In this document: piece after piece, positions 1 through 9,185 of the stretch
How the letters are laid out: each line of letters begins with the position of its first letter
Position numbering within the stretch: position 1 is the first letter of the stretch
Assembly (NCBI RefSeq): GCF_008065095.1
Contig: NZ_CP042911.1
Location: 3,660,001 to 3,692,000, forward strand
Source of the DNA: Gemmata obscuriglobus
GTDB lineage: Bacteria > Planctomycetota > Planctomycetia > Gemmatales > Gemmataceae
DNA: 32,000 nt
Direction of reading: 5' to 3'
Position numbers and translations under genes: made by a program
Notes under the pieces: model-generated
The model's input: the letters and a program-made list of their open reading frames with translations, nothing else
The model's database searches: none
Told to the model about the DNA's origin: nothing

Positions 1-1
1 C

Positions 2-76
2 GGGGCGATCATGCGGACGGTCGTGACCTTGGCCGTGATCGTGACGTTCGCCGCGATCTACCTGACCGCGAAGTGA
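2..76 (+). CDS. 3' end of an ORF entering from the left window edge, with a hydrophobic C-terminus (..MRTVVTLAVIVTFAAIYLTAK*)
   Basis: The frame is open from base 2 to TGA at 74-76. It contains one TM-like hydrophobic stretch. The stop lies 1 nt before palindrome copy 1, the same layout as other genes in the cluster. Confidence 0.25.
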   Translation, partial: GAIMRTVVTLAVIVTFAAIYLTAK

Positions 77-77
77 G

Positions 78-93
78 GTGGCCGCGCGACCAC
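78..93. repeat. Palindrome copy 1 (variant GTGGCCGCGCGACCAC, 1 mismatch)
   Basis: Read directly from the sequence. It lies 1 nt after the upstream stop. GGGAGG and ATG-111 follow 17 nt downstream. Confidence 0.9.
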
Positions 94-110
94 TTTTCGG
101 GAGGTCACGG

Positions 111-641
111 ATGGCGGGCGGGCGGGAGTGGACGACGGGCGAGGAGGCCGAACTGAAACGGCTCCTCGCTGCCGGAACGAAGCTGGCGACCGTCGCCAAA
201 CGGCTGAACCGGTCCTACTCGGCGGTGGCCCAGCGGGCGTTCCGGGTGTCGGGCCGGGAGCGGCTGCCCCGGCTCCACAAGGCCGGTGAGTTGGAGGAGC
301 GGGTGCGGTCGCTTTCGGTTCCCGGCGTTCCTGACGCGGTGGTCGCGGGCATCCTGGGCGTGACCCGGCAGACCGTTCTGAAGACCCGCCAGCGGCTCGG
401 TATCCCCCAGAGCGTACCGCCGAACGGGAAACTGCCCCGCGACCCGGCCAAGCGGTCGGACCTGTCGATCGCCGCGAAGGTGCTGTGGCTGTACTCGGGC
501 GTCGGGCGGTCCGATGTGGTGATTGCGAAGCGGATCGGCGTGTCGAGAACGACCGTCCGCGATTACCGGCTCAAATTCAACCTGCCGGCGTTGGGCGAAC
601 TGAAGTGTGGTCGCGCGACCACTACGGAGGTGCAGAAATGA
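111..641 (+). CDS. DNA-binding protein with three helix-turn-helix-like modules (putative phage regulator)
   Basis: ATG at 111 is preceded by GGGAGG. There are three HTH-like segments: WTTGEEAELKRLLAAGTKLATVAKRLNRSYSAVAQRA (Myb/GcrA-like), VPDAVVAGILGVTRQTVLKTRQRLGI and RSDVVIAKRIGVSRTTVRDYRLKF. The stop overlaps the thyX start (ATGA at 638-641). The 78 start in the ORF track is the GTG inside the palindrome. Confidence 0.65.
   Translation: MAGGREWTTGEEAELKRLLAAGTKLATVAKRLNRSYSAVAQRAFRVSGRERLPRLHKAGELEERVRSLSVPGVPDAVVAGILGVTRQTVLKTRQRLGIPQSVPPNGKLPRDPAKRSDLSIAAKVLWLYSGVGRSDVVIAKRIGVSRTTVRDYRLKFNLPALGELKCGRATTTEVQK
607..622. repeat. Palindrome copy 2 (perfect GTGGTCGCGCGACCAC)
   Basis: It lies inside the last codons of the HTH gene (encodes CGRATT). 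GGAGG and ATG-638 follow 15 nt downstream. Confidence 0.95.
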
Positions 642-1567
642 AAGTCATCACCGAGCCTTCGGTTTACGTCTTGGGCCGACAAACGGTCGATCAGGCCGAA
701 CTCGATCGATTTTTGGTCGACCACGGCGTGAGCTGGGAGAGTGACAGCGAGGTCGCTGGCGAAGTGCTCACGGAAACGGCGGGACGCGTCTGTTATATGT
801 CGTTCGCGAAGCCGCGACCGGGCGGCAACAGCGCGTACCTGACCCACATCAAGGAAGTGGGGCACGGGAGCGTGCTGGAGCACGCGGTGTGGAACCTGCT
901 CCTCACCGGGGTGTCGCGGTCGCTCACGCACGAGCTGGTGCGGCACCGCGCCGGGTTCGGGTTCAGCCAGCTCTCGCAGCGGTACGTGGACGAGTCGGTG
1001 GCCGAGTACGTGGAGCCCGACATCATCGCCCGCGACCCCGAGTTGCACGCGATCTGGCTCGAATCGGTGAAGCAGTCGCACGCGGCGTACATGAAGCTCG
1101 CCGACGCGCTCAGCGCGAAGCTAACGAACACGTTCGGTCCGTGCGACAACCCGAACTGTGAGCGTGGTTACCAAGCGGACCACCTGAAGGTTCGGACCTA
1201 TGTGGCTTGCCCCACATGCAAAGGGAGTCCCAGTAAGGCATGGTACGCTGCGCCGCTCGGTCGGTTTGTGCCGGGATGGGAGAACGGTCTGACCGCGACT
1301 GATCGCCGCAAGGCCGCGCGTCAGGCCGCGCGGAGCGTGCTGCCGAACGCCACCGAGACCAAGATCTTCATCACCGCGAACGCCCGTGCTCTGCGGCACT
1401 TCATGGAGCAGCGTGGATCGGTCCACGCCGAACCGGAGATTCGGAAGCTCTCGTGCGCGATCCTTGACGCGCTCCAGAAAGACGCCCCCAACCTCTTCAG
1501 TGACTACCAGAAGGTGCCCCTTCCCGACGGCACGTTTGAACTGGTGACGCAGTTCAAGAAGGTGTGA
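638..1567 (+). CDS. thyX: FAD-dependent thymidylate synthase ThyX with a Cys4 insertion
   Basis: Contains the ThyX signature RHRAGFGFSQLSQRY (RHRxxSxxxxSxR) and the conserved ARSVLPNATETKIFITANARALRHF block. ATG-638 is preceded by GGAGG. Confidence 0.9.
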   Translation: MKVITEPSVYVLGRQTVDQAELDRFLVDHGVSWESDSEVAGEVLTETAGRVCYMSFAKPRPGGNSAYLTHIKEVGHGSVLEHAVWNLLLTGVSRSLTHELVRHRAGFGFSQLSQRYVDESVAEYVEPDIIARDPELHAIWLESVKQSHAAYMKLADALSAKLTNTFGPCDNPNCERGYQADHLKVRTYVACPTCKGSPSKAWYAAPLGRFVPGWENGLTATDRRKAARQAARSVLPNATETKIFITANARALRHFMEQRGSVHAEPEIRKLSCAILDALQKDAPNLFSDYQKVPLPDGTFELVTQFKKV

Positions 1568-1578
1568 GGAGCCGCAGC

Positions 1579-1884
1579 ATGAGCCAGAAGTCCAAGTCCC
1601 CACAAGAGGTGGCGAGAGAGCAAACGCTCGCGATCTCGGAACACCTGTACCTCGCCGGCCGCGACGGGCTGACCGCCGAGCAACTGGCCGGCGCGGCCAA
1701 GTTTCCGGTCGAGATCGTTCGAAAGCGGCTCCACGCCGGCGGCCCGAACTGTGCGAACCCCGAGTGGCGGCGGTTCACGTTCGACCGGCTGACGAACCGC
1801 TGGGCACTGACGCTCGGTGGGGAGCAAGTTTTGAAGAGAAGTGGTCGCGCGACCACCCGCCCGGGGCGGCGGCGGATCGCCTGA
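1579..1884 (+). CDS. Small winged-helix-like protein, function unknown
   Basis: ATG-1579 is preceded by GAGGA. The segment LAGRDGLTAEQLAGAAKFPVEIVRKRLHA resembles a wHTH. The ORF reads through palindrome copy 3 (..SGRATTR..). Confidence 0.45.
   Translation: MSQKSKSPQEVAREQTLAISEHLYLAGRDGLTAEQLAGAAKFPVEIVRKRLHAGGPNCANPEWRRFTFDRLTNRWALTLGGEQVLKRSGRATTRPGRRRIA
1841..1856. repeat. Palindrome copy 3 (perfect)
   Basis: It lies inside the 3' end of ORF 1579..1884 and 45 nt upstream of ATG-1902. GGTCTACCATAA lies between it and that start. Confidence 0.95.
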
Positions 1885-1886
1885 CC

Positions 1887-1898
1887 GGTCTACCATAA
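1887..1898 (+). promoter_or_regulatory. Conserved 12-mer GGTCTACCATAA, copy 1 (contains the -10-like TACCAT)
   Basis: An identical 12-mer recurs at 9552..9563. Both end 3-4 nt before an ATG that lacks a good Shine-Dalgarno sequence. Confidence 0.4.
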
Positions 1899-1901
1899 AT
1901 C

Positions 1902-3290
1902 ATGAGCGTTGCACTGACCGGAACCGGTGGGTTCTTCACCCGCTTGGGGAAGCTGGGGAAGCTGCTCTACGCCGTCAACGGCGACCAGTCCGGGTACGCC
2001 ACCGTGTTCGGTGAGATCGCGGCCCAGTACGCGTCCACCCTGAAGGACCGGTACGGGGCACTGGCGACCGCCGAAACGGGGCTGATCCGCGGCCAGTCCG
2101 CGATCGTGTCGGCGGTGCAGCAGCTCGCCCAGCAGACCGTGCTCGACATGGTGGCGGCGGACCAGCCGGCCGCGGCCCGCAACCTGACCGACGCCCTGAA
2201 CGAGGTGCGGCGTCAGATGTTGGCGAGCGGCGACACGATCAAGGCGTCCGCGGTGGCCGTGACGGTCGCCGCACTCGGCACCCCGACCGGCTCCGGGGCG
2301 TTCGTCGCGAGCACCAAACGGGGCGACGGGCTCACACTGGAACTGCTGTTCCCGGAAACCGGCCGGCTGGTGTGCGAGGCGGACAGCTACTCGGACGGGC
2401 TGACGGCGGGCCGGGAGCGGTTCCGGTACGTCGGGGAGTCGGGGCTCAACGCGGGGGTGTTCGACTACGACTGGCCGGCGGGTTCGGACGCGAACCAGAC
2501 GCTGACGGCGGTGTCGGCGGACCAGAACGCCAGCACGACCGGGAACCTGCTGACCAACGGGAACTTCGAGACCTGGACCGGCGGCACCCCGACGCTCGAC
2601 GGCACCAGCGGCACGGCGTGGGTCGCGACCGGGACCGCCGGCACCGACTTCGCCCGCAACCCCACGACGCCGTTCCGCGGCGGCTACGACTTCGAGTTCA
2701 AGCCCGGGACCGGGGCGAACACGGCCCTCACCCAGACGTTCGGGGCCGCGACTGGCACGACCGCCGCATTGAAGCCGCTCACCAGCTACGCGGTCAACCT
2801 GTGGGCGAAGCGGACCGGCTCCGTCTCTGCTGGCGTTCTCACCGTCGAACTGGTGGACGGCAGCAATGCGGTTATCGCCGACGCCCAGAGCGCGAACAAC
2901 TCGTTCACGCAGTCGTGTTCCGCCCTCACCACGATCTACGCGGCCGTGAACGGCGTGTTCCGCACCCCTGGCGTGCTGCCAGCGACCATGAAGCTCCGGG
3001 TCCGGATGTCCACCGCTTTGACGGGTGCGGCGGTGCGGATCGACGACGTGTGTCTCACGCCGCTCACCGCCGCTTACCAGGGCGGACCCGGGCTCGCGAT
3101 TTTCAGTGGGGCGACACCGTTCCTGAAGACCGACGCGTGGACGGCGGCGGCGACCAACAACCGCGGCGGGGCGAGCTACGGGGCGACGTTCCAGTGCCTG
3201 CTCGACAGGTTCTTCGGCCTGCGGGCGCTCGGCATCCTGTTCCCCTCGAGCGGGTCGCCAACGATTGCGGACTCGCTGATCAGTGCTTAA
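1902..3290 (+). CDS. Phage structural protein with a carbohydrate-binding or jelly-roll-like central domain
   Basis: 462-aa ORF with good coding character. [13 protein letters not shown] and the surrounding Gly/Thr-rich beta-type sequence resemble CBM4_9/CenC-type modules. It sits directly upstream of the tail-fibre gene. Confidence 0.5.
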   Translation: MSVALTGTGGFFTRLGKLGKLLYAVNGDQSGYATVFGEIAAQYASTLKDRYGALATAETGLIRGQSAIVSAVQQLAQQTVLDMVAADQPAAARNLTDALNEVRRQMLASGDTIKASAVAVTVAALGTPTGSGAFVASTKRGDGLTLELLFPETGRLVCEADSYSDGLTAGRERFRYVGESGLNAGVFDYDWPAGSDANQTLTAVSADQNASTTGNLLTNGNFETWTGGTPTLDGTSGTAWVATGTAGTDFARNPTTPFRGGYDFEFKPGTGANTALTQTFGAATGTTAALKPLTSYAVNLWAKRTGSVSAGVLTVELVDGSNAVIADAQSANNSFTQSCSALTTIYAAVNGVFRTPGVLPATMKLRVRMSTALTGAAVRIDDVCLTPLTAAYQGGPGLAIFSGATPFLKTDAWTAAATNNRGGASYGATFQCLLDRFFGLRALGILFPSSGSPTIADSLISA

Positions 3291-3306
3291 GTGGTCGCGC
3301 GACCAC
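3291..3306. repeat. Palindrome copy 4 (perfect)
   Basis: It starts immediately after TAA at 3288-3290. GAGGG and ATG-3322 follow 15 nt downstream. Confidence 0.95.
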
Positions 3307-3321
3307 TCGCGAGGGCTCCGA

Positions 3322-4755
3322 ATGGCGGACGCGAAAATCAGCCAACTGACCGCCGCATCGCCCGCGGGGGCGGACTATTTGCCCATTCTGGACGTGTCGG
3401 ACACGTCGATGGGTCCGGGCGGCAGCACGCGCAAGGCACTGGTGTCGGACGTGGCCGCACTGGCGGTTGCCGGTCTCGGCACGGCCGCGGCGAGGAACAC
3501 CCCGGCGAGCGGTAACGCCGCGTCCGGTGAGGTGGTTCTTGGCAGTGACACCCGGCTCACCGATTCGCGTGCCCCGACGGCCCACACCCATCCGTGGTCC
3601 CAGATCACCGCGACCCCGACGACTCTGGCCGGGTACGGGATCACGGACGCTGTCAACACGTCGGACACCCGCTTGACGAACGCCCGCACCCCGACCGGGG
3701 CCGCCGGTGGCGACTTGGCAGGCACGTACCCGAACCCGACGCTCGGGACTTCTGGAGCGACACCCGGCACTTACACGCTCGCCACAATTACTGTTGACGC
3801 CAAGGGGCGGGTGACGGCGGCGGCGAACGGTGTGGGCAACACCCCGGCCGGCAACTCGGGCGAACTCCAGTGGAACAACGGCGGGGCGTTCGGCGGGGCA
3901 GGGGCCTTAACATACGCCGCGACCGGTACACACCTGCTCGCCACCGCACAGGGCACCGGCGTGGTGCCGTTCGCGGTTCAGGCGACGACAGGACAGACGG
4001 CCAACCTCGGCGAGTACCGGAATTCGTCCGGCACCGCACGAGCCTACGTCACGCCGTCGTTTCAGGGCGTTTTTGAGGGGCCGGGCACTTCTACGGGCAA
4101 CGTGGTGCTCGGCATCAACGCCGGTGCGGCCAACAACTACAACAACTCGGTCGTTATCGGTAACACCGCCAGCGTAACGGGTAACTTGGCCGGGGTAATC
4201 GCGATTGGACAAAGCTCCACCGTGAGTGCGTCTGGGGCGATCGCGATTGGACAACTCGCACAGGCCGGAAGCAGCGGCATCGCGATCGGCGGTAACACGC
4301 AGGCTACCCTCGGCCGCCAAGTGATGATTGGGTCGGGAACGAACGCGGCGAACCGGTCGGCGATTGTGTGTGTTGCTAACGCCCCGCCCACCAACCAGAC
4401 TTCCGGCTGGTTCACCTGGACATCTGAACTCGCGACAAACAAACCGTCCTTTATAGCGGCCACATCGTCTGCTAGCGGCACGTCCCGCACGGTTGGCGGT
4501 GTGCAGTGTGAGTGGGCTACCTCGACGGACGCTTCTCGGTTGGGCCGGGCTGCGTTAATCGCGTTCAACGGGGACACCATCCAAGAGGGGTTACGAGTCG
4601 AAGCAGCGTCAGGTGCTCCTCTAATCGGTGTGTTCGGATCTACGGCAGTTGCCAAACAAACGGTCACCGGGTCGCGGGGCGGTAACGCGGCACTGGCTTC
4701 TCTTCTCACCGCACTGGCCAACTTCGGCTGGATCACCGACTCTACTACCGCTTGA
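3322..4755 (+). CDS. Phage tail fibre protein
   Basis: The N-terminus [24 protein letters not shown] is typical of tail fibres. It also has the LAGYGITDA and [18 protein letters not shown] motifs, YadA/Hep_Hag-like repeats ([27 protein letters not shown]), and a C-terminal [38 protein letters not shown] motif seen in minor tail proteins. Confidence 0.85.
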   Translation: MADAKISQLTAASPAGADYLPILDVSDTSMGPGGSTRKALVSDVAALAVAGLGTAAARNTPASGNAASGEVVLGSDTRLTDSRAPTAHTHPWSQITATPTTLAGYGITDAVNTSDTRLTNARTPTGAAGGDLAGTYPNPTLGTSGATPGTYTLATITVDAKGRVTAAANGVGNTPAGNSGELQWNNGGAFGGAGALTYAATGTHLLATAQGTGVVPFAVQATTGQTANLGEYRNSSGTARAYVTPSFQGVFEGPGTSTGNVVLGINAGAANNYNNSVVIGNTASVTGNLAGVIAIGQSSTVSASGAIAIGQLAQAGSSGIAIGGNTQATLGRQVMIGSGTNAANRSAIVCVANAPPTNQTSGWFTWTSELATNKPSFIAATSSASGTSRTVGGVQCEWATSTDASRLGRAALIAFNGDTIQEGLRVEAASGAPLIGVFGSTAVAKQTVTGSRGGNAALASLLTALANFGWITDSTTA

Positions 4756-4765
4756 GGATAAATTT

Positions 4766-5110
4766 ATGCTGAAAGTGTTCGAACCGGTAATCACCCCGCA
4801 CCGATTGACTGTGACAAACACCGTGTGGCGGTGGATGGGTAACAGCAACGATCCTCGCGGAACTATCGTAGTAGTTATGTGCGCGTATCCGGACATCGAA
4901 ACCGCTTCGGCGGCGACCGGACCCGACGCCGCCCCTCCCTTAATTGAAGAGCGGTACTCAATCACAGGCAACGACTTCCTGGCGTTGGCAGCCCAACTCG
5001 AATCGCCGACTGGTGCGGGCAAGCCGTACTCGCAGTGCGTCTACGACCACTTCCGCGCGAAAGTGCCGCGGTTCGCGAACGCGGTCGATGTGGATCCGAT
5101 CGGGGGCTGA
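4766..5110 (+). CDS. Small protein downstream of the tail fibre (possible fibre assembly or chaperone protein), hypothetical
   Basis: ATG-4766 lies 10 nt after the fibre stop and is preceded by GAGGA. It has no recognisable motif. It lies in the same visibly lower-GC patch as the fibre 3' end. Confidence 0.5.
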   Translation: MLKVFEPVITPHRLTVTNTVWRWMGNSNDPRGTIVVVMCAYPDIETASAATGPDAAPPLIEERYSITGNDFLALAAQLESPTGAGKPYSQCVYDHFRAKVPRFANAVDVDPIGG

Positions 5111-5113
5111 TTT

Positions 5114-5566
5114 GTGGCACTTGATGTTCTGTTGTTGGAGGATGGTGGCCGACTTCTGCTTGAAGACGGCGGCCGTCTGCTGCTGGAGTACTCTGCTCCG
5201 GATGCGATCCATGGCTGGGTCGCGGCTCCGGGGCAGCGGGTGTGGGTGGCCGGGAGGAGTGCGATGGGGGCTCTCGTCCGCAGCGTGATCGAGAAGACCC
5301 CGGGGGACTCGCTCCGGCTGTTCATGGACTTCGGCGACGTGCCGGAGATCGACGCCGGGGCCAAGATCGCGTCCTGCACCGTGGGCGTGGCGCCGAGCGG
5401 CCCGACGGTCGTAACGCCCGCCACGGTCAACACCGCCGGTTATCTCGCGTCCACGAAGATCGGCGGCGGCGAAACCGGTACGGATTACGAGGTGACGTTC
5501 ACCGCGACGCTCGACGACGCCGACGGGACCGTGATCGCCCGGTCGGGCACGTTGCAGGTGCGGTGA
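5114..5566 (+). CDS. Phage protein with N-terminal LLLEDGGR tandem repeats and a beta-rich C-terminal domain
   Basis: GTG-5114 lies 3 nt after the previous stop. The N-terminus reads VLLLEDGGRLLLEDGGRLLLE. The LLLEDG repeat is a recurrent N-terminal motif in phage tail-region proteins. Confidence 0.6.
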   Translation: MALDVLLLEDGGRLLLEDGGRLLLEYSAPDAIHGWVAAPGQRVWVAGRSAMGALVRSVIEKTPGDSLRLFMDFGDVPEIDAGAKIASCTVGVAPSGPTVVTPATVNTAGYLASTKIGGGETGTDYEVTFTATLDDADGTVIARSGTLQVR

Positions 5567-5582
5567 GTGGTCGCGCGACCAC
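5567..5582. repeat. Palindrome copy 5 (perfect)
   Basis: It starts immediately after TGA at 5564-5566. GGGGGG and ATG-5598 follow 15 nt downstream. Confidence 0.95.
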
Positions 5583-5597
5583 CCGGGGGGATCAGCC

Positions 5598-6131
5598 ATG
5601 ACGTTCGGTCAGGTGCCGGTGCGGATCGAGGATCTCGTCGAGCGGCTGGTGAAGCAGCTCCAGGCGAGGACCGGGTTGCCGGCGGACTGCGTGTTCGAGA
5701 CGCTGGCCGACGACCAGGATCACTGCGAGTTCCCGGCCGCGGACCGGTTCGTGACGGTCACGCCGCAGCGGTTCCAGCGGGTGCCGGGGCTGTGGGACGG
5801 GGCAGGGCGGTGCCTCGAAGGCTGGGACGGGACGTTCCGCGTCGCGTGCCTGTCCCGGTTCGCGTCCGACCAGCAGTTGCGGAGCACCCGCGAGCTGCGG
5901 GACAAGACCCGGTCCGCCCTCGCACTGGTGCTGAAGGTGGTGGACGGGCTGGACGGGTACAAGATGCCGTCCGCGACCGAGCCGACGAAGTCACTGCTCC
6001 GGGAGCCGGTGAAGGGCCTCGACATCGACGTGCGGCCGAAGCGGCTCAAGGTCGGCCCGTGGTCCGTGATCGGCTCGGCCTGGAGCGTCAAGTTCATCCT
6101 CGCGGTTCCGGGCGGGACCGCGGACCCGTGA
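5598..6131 (+). CDS. Hypothetical phage protein
   Basis: 177-aa ORF bracketed by palindrome copies 5 and 6. It has coding-like composition and no recognisable motif. Confidence 0.55.
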   Translation: MTFGQVPVRIEDLVERLVKQLQARTGLPADCVFETLADDQDHCEFPAADRFVTVTPQRFQRVPGLWDGAGRCLEGWDGTFRVACLSRFASDQQLRSTRELRDKTRSALALVLKVVDGLDGYKMPSATEPTKSLLREPVKGLDIDVRPKRLKVGPWSVIGSAWSVKFILAVPGGTADP

Positions 6132-6133
6132 AA

Positions 6134-6149
6134 GTGGTCGCGCGACCAC
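6134..6149. repeat. Palindrome copy 6 (perfect)
   Basis: It lies 2 nt after TGA at 6129-6131 and 7 nt before ATG-6157. Confidence 0.95.
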
Positions 6150-6156
6150 CGCAATC

Positions 6157-8175
6157 ATGCCCGTCACTTACGCCGGTATCGACCTGACGCCGCCCGCCTT
6201 CGCCCCCGCGGAGGTGGAGCGGTGGTGGCACGCCCACCGGGTCACGGAGTTCGAACACCCCGCCTACCTGACCGCGGGGATCGATCACCTTCCGCTGCCG
6301 GCCCCGCCGTCGCGGCACCCGCCCCGCGTGGGCGTGCTCCACTGGCCGAACGGGGCGTCCCGCTGGGCCACGTGCCACCTGCTCGCGACCGGGGGGCAGC
6401 TCGCCCGGTTGCCGACCTCGTCCGCCGCCGCGGGCCTCGTGATCTCGGACGGCACCCGTTCAGTGACGGCCCCGATGTACCGGCTGGCCGCGCGCCCGGT
6501 CTCGCAGCGGGGGGACGGGGCGGAACTGTACCTCGTCACGCTGGTGGACGAGCGGTACTACTGGTGGCAGTCGGGCGACGGGCTCGCCCCCGCGTCGCCG
6601 GCCTCGTGGTCCGCCCTCCTGACCTCCCTGTTCACGGCAGTCGGGGTGGTGGCGAGTGTTGGCTCGATCAACTCGAACTACGGCACCCCGGACGCTACGC
6701 GGTGGGGGGTCGGGTACGCCGCAATCCCGCTCCTCATTGATGCCGCGGCCCGGACGGTCGGGATGCGGGTGGTGCGGTCGCTCGCCGGGGCGGTGTCGGT
6801 CGTGAACTACGCGACCGCGGCGGCTTCTGATTCGTCGCAGTGGGCCACGCACAAGAACGAGGTGATGGCCGGCGGTCGCGAGTTGGTGTCGGAAATCGGG
6901 CGGCAGGTGCCCGCCTCTGTTGGCGTTGTCTTCCCGGGCGATTCACCGAACGTTACGACGAAGACCCTCTCCGGCTTGGCACTGACCGAGTACGGAGCCG
7001 CAACGGGCGTCAGCGGTCGCGTGGGCCGGGTCGGGGCGGACCTCGCCGCGACGGCCGGATCGACGCCCCGGGACAACTACGCCACGCAGGCCGCCACCGA
7101 TTACTACCTCTGGCAACTGTCGCTGACGGACGCGACGCTCCGGAGCGTGCGGGCGTGGACGCCGACCGGGTTGGAGTCGTGCGTCGAGTGGTCCGCCGGC
7201 CGAGACGAACTCCTCACGCGGGTGCTGAGAACGCCACTGAACCAAGGCGAGCAGTGGGGGCAAAAAGTCCCGTCCGGTTCGCTCACCGCCATCAACTCGC
7301 CGACGAACGTCACGGTCAAGAGCGGCGTCACGACCATTTATGCCAGCATCCCGACCGGCCTTCAATGGAACGGGTCGGGAACGGGCGCCGGCGCGGTGCG
7401 GTTGGAGACCATCGCCGCCTCGACGACGCAGCAGGGCACGGTCACGACCGCTGACCAGAGCTTCCGCGGCGTGAAGACGTTCGACGGTGCGCCCCTGGCT
7501 CCGTCCGGGGTGTACGCGGCGGGGAACTCGTTCATCGGCTGTGGCGACGCGTTCTACTCACTCGCCACCCCTCAAACGATGGCGTGGCCGACGCGGCTGG
7601 AACTGGTCGGACCGTACGGCGGGAACGCGTCCGACGTGACGCTGCCCACCACCGCGGACGTTACGGTCATCGGCGGCAGGGTTGCGACGGGGTTGGGAGG
7701 TGCGGTGACCACGCTGTTCAACCTTCCGCGTGAGACGTTGGGGGGAATAACGCCGGTGTGGGCCGACCCGGATTATCCCGGCGGGTCGCCCGACTCGTCC
7801 CACGACACCAGCGACCTGTGGGTCGTTCCCGGATCGCGGCCGGGCCGCGATCCGACGGTAAACCCCGAGACGTTCCCGCGCGCCTCCCCGCAGTACCCCG
7901 GTCGGCTTATGCTGGTCGGCAAGTATGGAACGGTAGAGACGCTACCCGACAACCTCGGCGGGAACGCGACCTTTAACACCTACACCGGCATCAGCCAGTC
8001 GTTCGCGCGGCAGACGTTCGTGAATGGAATCCTGGTCGATAACCAGAACTGGCCGAACAACAACGGCGCGCAAGAAGTGGCGGGGCTGCACTTCTACGAC
8101 GGGGTGTTCAGCTACCAACTAGGACCGGCGATTCTGACCGAACCGGGCGACGGCATCGCCGGAGGGACGTACTAA
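6157..8175 (+). CDS. Large phage structural protein (putative tail or baseplate-associated)
   Basis: 672-aa ORF in the tail-fibre neighbourhood. Its stop overlaps the next start (TAATG at 8173-8177). No specific family is recognised. Confidence 0.6.
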   Translation: MPVTYAGIDLTPPAFAPAEVERWWHAHRVTEFEHPAYLTAGIDHLPLPAPPSRHPPRVGVLHWPNGASRWATCHLLATGGQLARLPTSSAAAGLVISDGTRSVTAPMYRLAARPVSQRGDGAELYLVTLVDERYYWWQSGDGLAPASPASWSALLTSLFTAVGVVASVGSINSNYGTPDATRWGVGYAAIPLLIDAAARTVGMRVVRSLAGAVSVVNYATAAASDSSQWATHKNEVMAGGRELVSEIGRQVPASVGVVFPGDSPNVTTKTLSGLALTEYGAATGVSGRVGRVGADLAATAGSTPRDNYATQAATDYYLWQLSLTDATLRSVRAWTPTGLESCVEWSAGRDELLTRVLRTPLNQGEQWGQKVPSGSLTAINSPTNVTVKSGVTTIYASIPTGLQWNGSGTGAGAVRLETIAASTTQQGTVTTADQSFRGVKTFDGAPLAPSGVYAAGNSFIGCGDAFYSLATPQTMAWPTRLELVGPYGGNASDVTLPTTADVTVIGGRVATGLGGAVTTLFNLPRETLGGITPVWADPDYPGGSPDSSHDTSDLWVVPGSRPGRDPTVNPETFPRASPQYPGRLMLVGKYGTVETLPDNLGGNATFNTYTGISQSFARQTFVNGILVDNQNWPNNNGAQEVAGLHFYDGVFSYQLGPAILTEPGDGIAGGTY

Positions 8176-9176
8176 TGGCCCAACGGACTTTCATCCGCTC
8201 GGTTACCACGTCGGGCAACGCGCCACTCGGGCGGCTTACGGCGATCGTCCCCGATACGCTGCTGATCGGCGATCTACCCGGGACGGGCACGCCCAGCAGC
8301 AGCACTTACCTGCGGGGCGACGGGACGTGGGCCACGCCAAGCGGGAGCGGCACGGTCACCAGTGTGAACCTTACCGCCCCGGCCGCCGGACTCACGGTGT
8401 CGGGCGGACCGATCACATCTTCGGGCAGTATCACGCTGGCGCTCGCCGACGACCTCGCCGCCCTGGAAGCTTTGACCGGCACGAACACCCTCTACTACCG
8501 CAGCGGGGCGTCCACCTGGAGCGCCGTGACGATCGGCAGCGGGTTGTCCTTCACCGGCGGCACCCTGTCCGCGACGGGCGGGGGCGGCGGGTCGGGAACG
8601 GTCACGTCCGTCGGCATCACGGCCCCGGCGGCGGGAATTACCGTCAGCGGCTCACCGGTCACCACCAGCGGCAGCATCACACTCGCCCTGGCGAACGACT
8701 TGGCGGCACTGGAGGCGTTGAGTGGGACGAACACGATCTACTACCGCTCGGGAACCTCGACGTGGTCGCCGGTCACCATCGGTTCGGGCCTGACGTTCAC
8801 CGGCGGGACGCTGAGTGCGTCGGGCGGCGGCCCGACCCCCACCCCGACCTCGGTAGCTCCCGGGTCGTCCATCACCGCAACCGCCAACACCGAGTACATC
8901 ATCGCGGGGGGCATCCCCGCCACCTTGGCGACGATCAAGCTGCCCACGTCCGCCAGCGTCGGCGACTTCTTGACGATCATCGGGTTCGGTGCGGGCAAAT
9001 GGAAACTGACCCAGGATCTGAGCCAGAACATCCACGACGCGGTGCTGGGCGACACGACATCCGGCCCGACCGGGTACGTCCTGGCGACCAACCAGTACGA
9101 CTGCATCACCTTGCGGTGCGCTGCCACGAACGATTGGGTGGTCAGCCACCGGAACGGCGTCCCGACCGTCGCGTGA
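8175..9176 (+). CDS. Second tail fibre-like protein with an internal ~82-aa tandem duplication
   Basis: Contains the YLRGDGTWATP motif common in tail fibres. Two ~82-aa units follow, starting GSGTVTSV(N/G)(L/I)TAPAAG.. and running through ..SITLALA(D/N)DLAALEAL..YYRSG.STWS.VTIGSGL.FTGGTLSA. Confidence 0.8.
   Translation: MAQRTFIRSVTTSGNAPLGRLTAIVPDTLLIGDLPGTGTPSSSTYLRGDGTWATPSGSGTVTSVNLTAPAAGLTVSGGPITSSGSITLALADDLAALEALTGTNTLYYRSGASTWSAVTIGSGLSFTGGTLSATGGGGGSGTVTSVGITAPAAGITVSGSPVTTSGSITLALANDLAALEALSGTNTIYYRSGTSTWSPVTIGSGLTFTGGTLSASGGGPTPTPTSVAPGSSITATANTEYIIAGGIPATLATIKLPTSASVGDFLTIIGFGAGKWKLTQDLSQNIHDAVLGDTTSGPTGYVLATNQYDCITLRCAATNDWVVSHRNGVPTVA
8343..8825 (+). repeat. Intragenic tandem duplication (units about 8343-8588 and 8589-8825)
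   Basis: The two protein units are about 85% identical by eye. The DNA copies differ at many synonymous sites, so the duplication is old. Confidence 0.8.
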
Positions 9177-9185
9177 GACCCCGCC

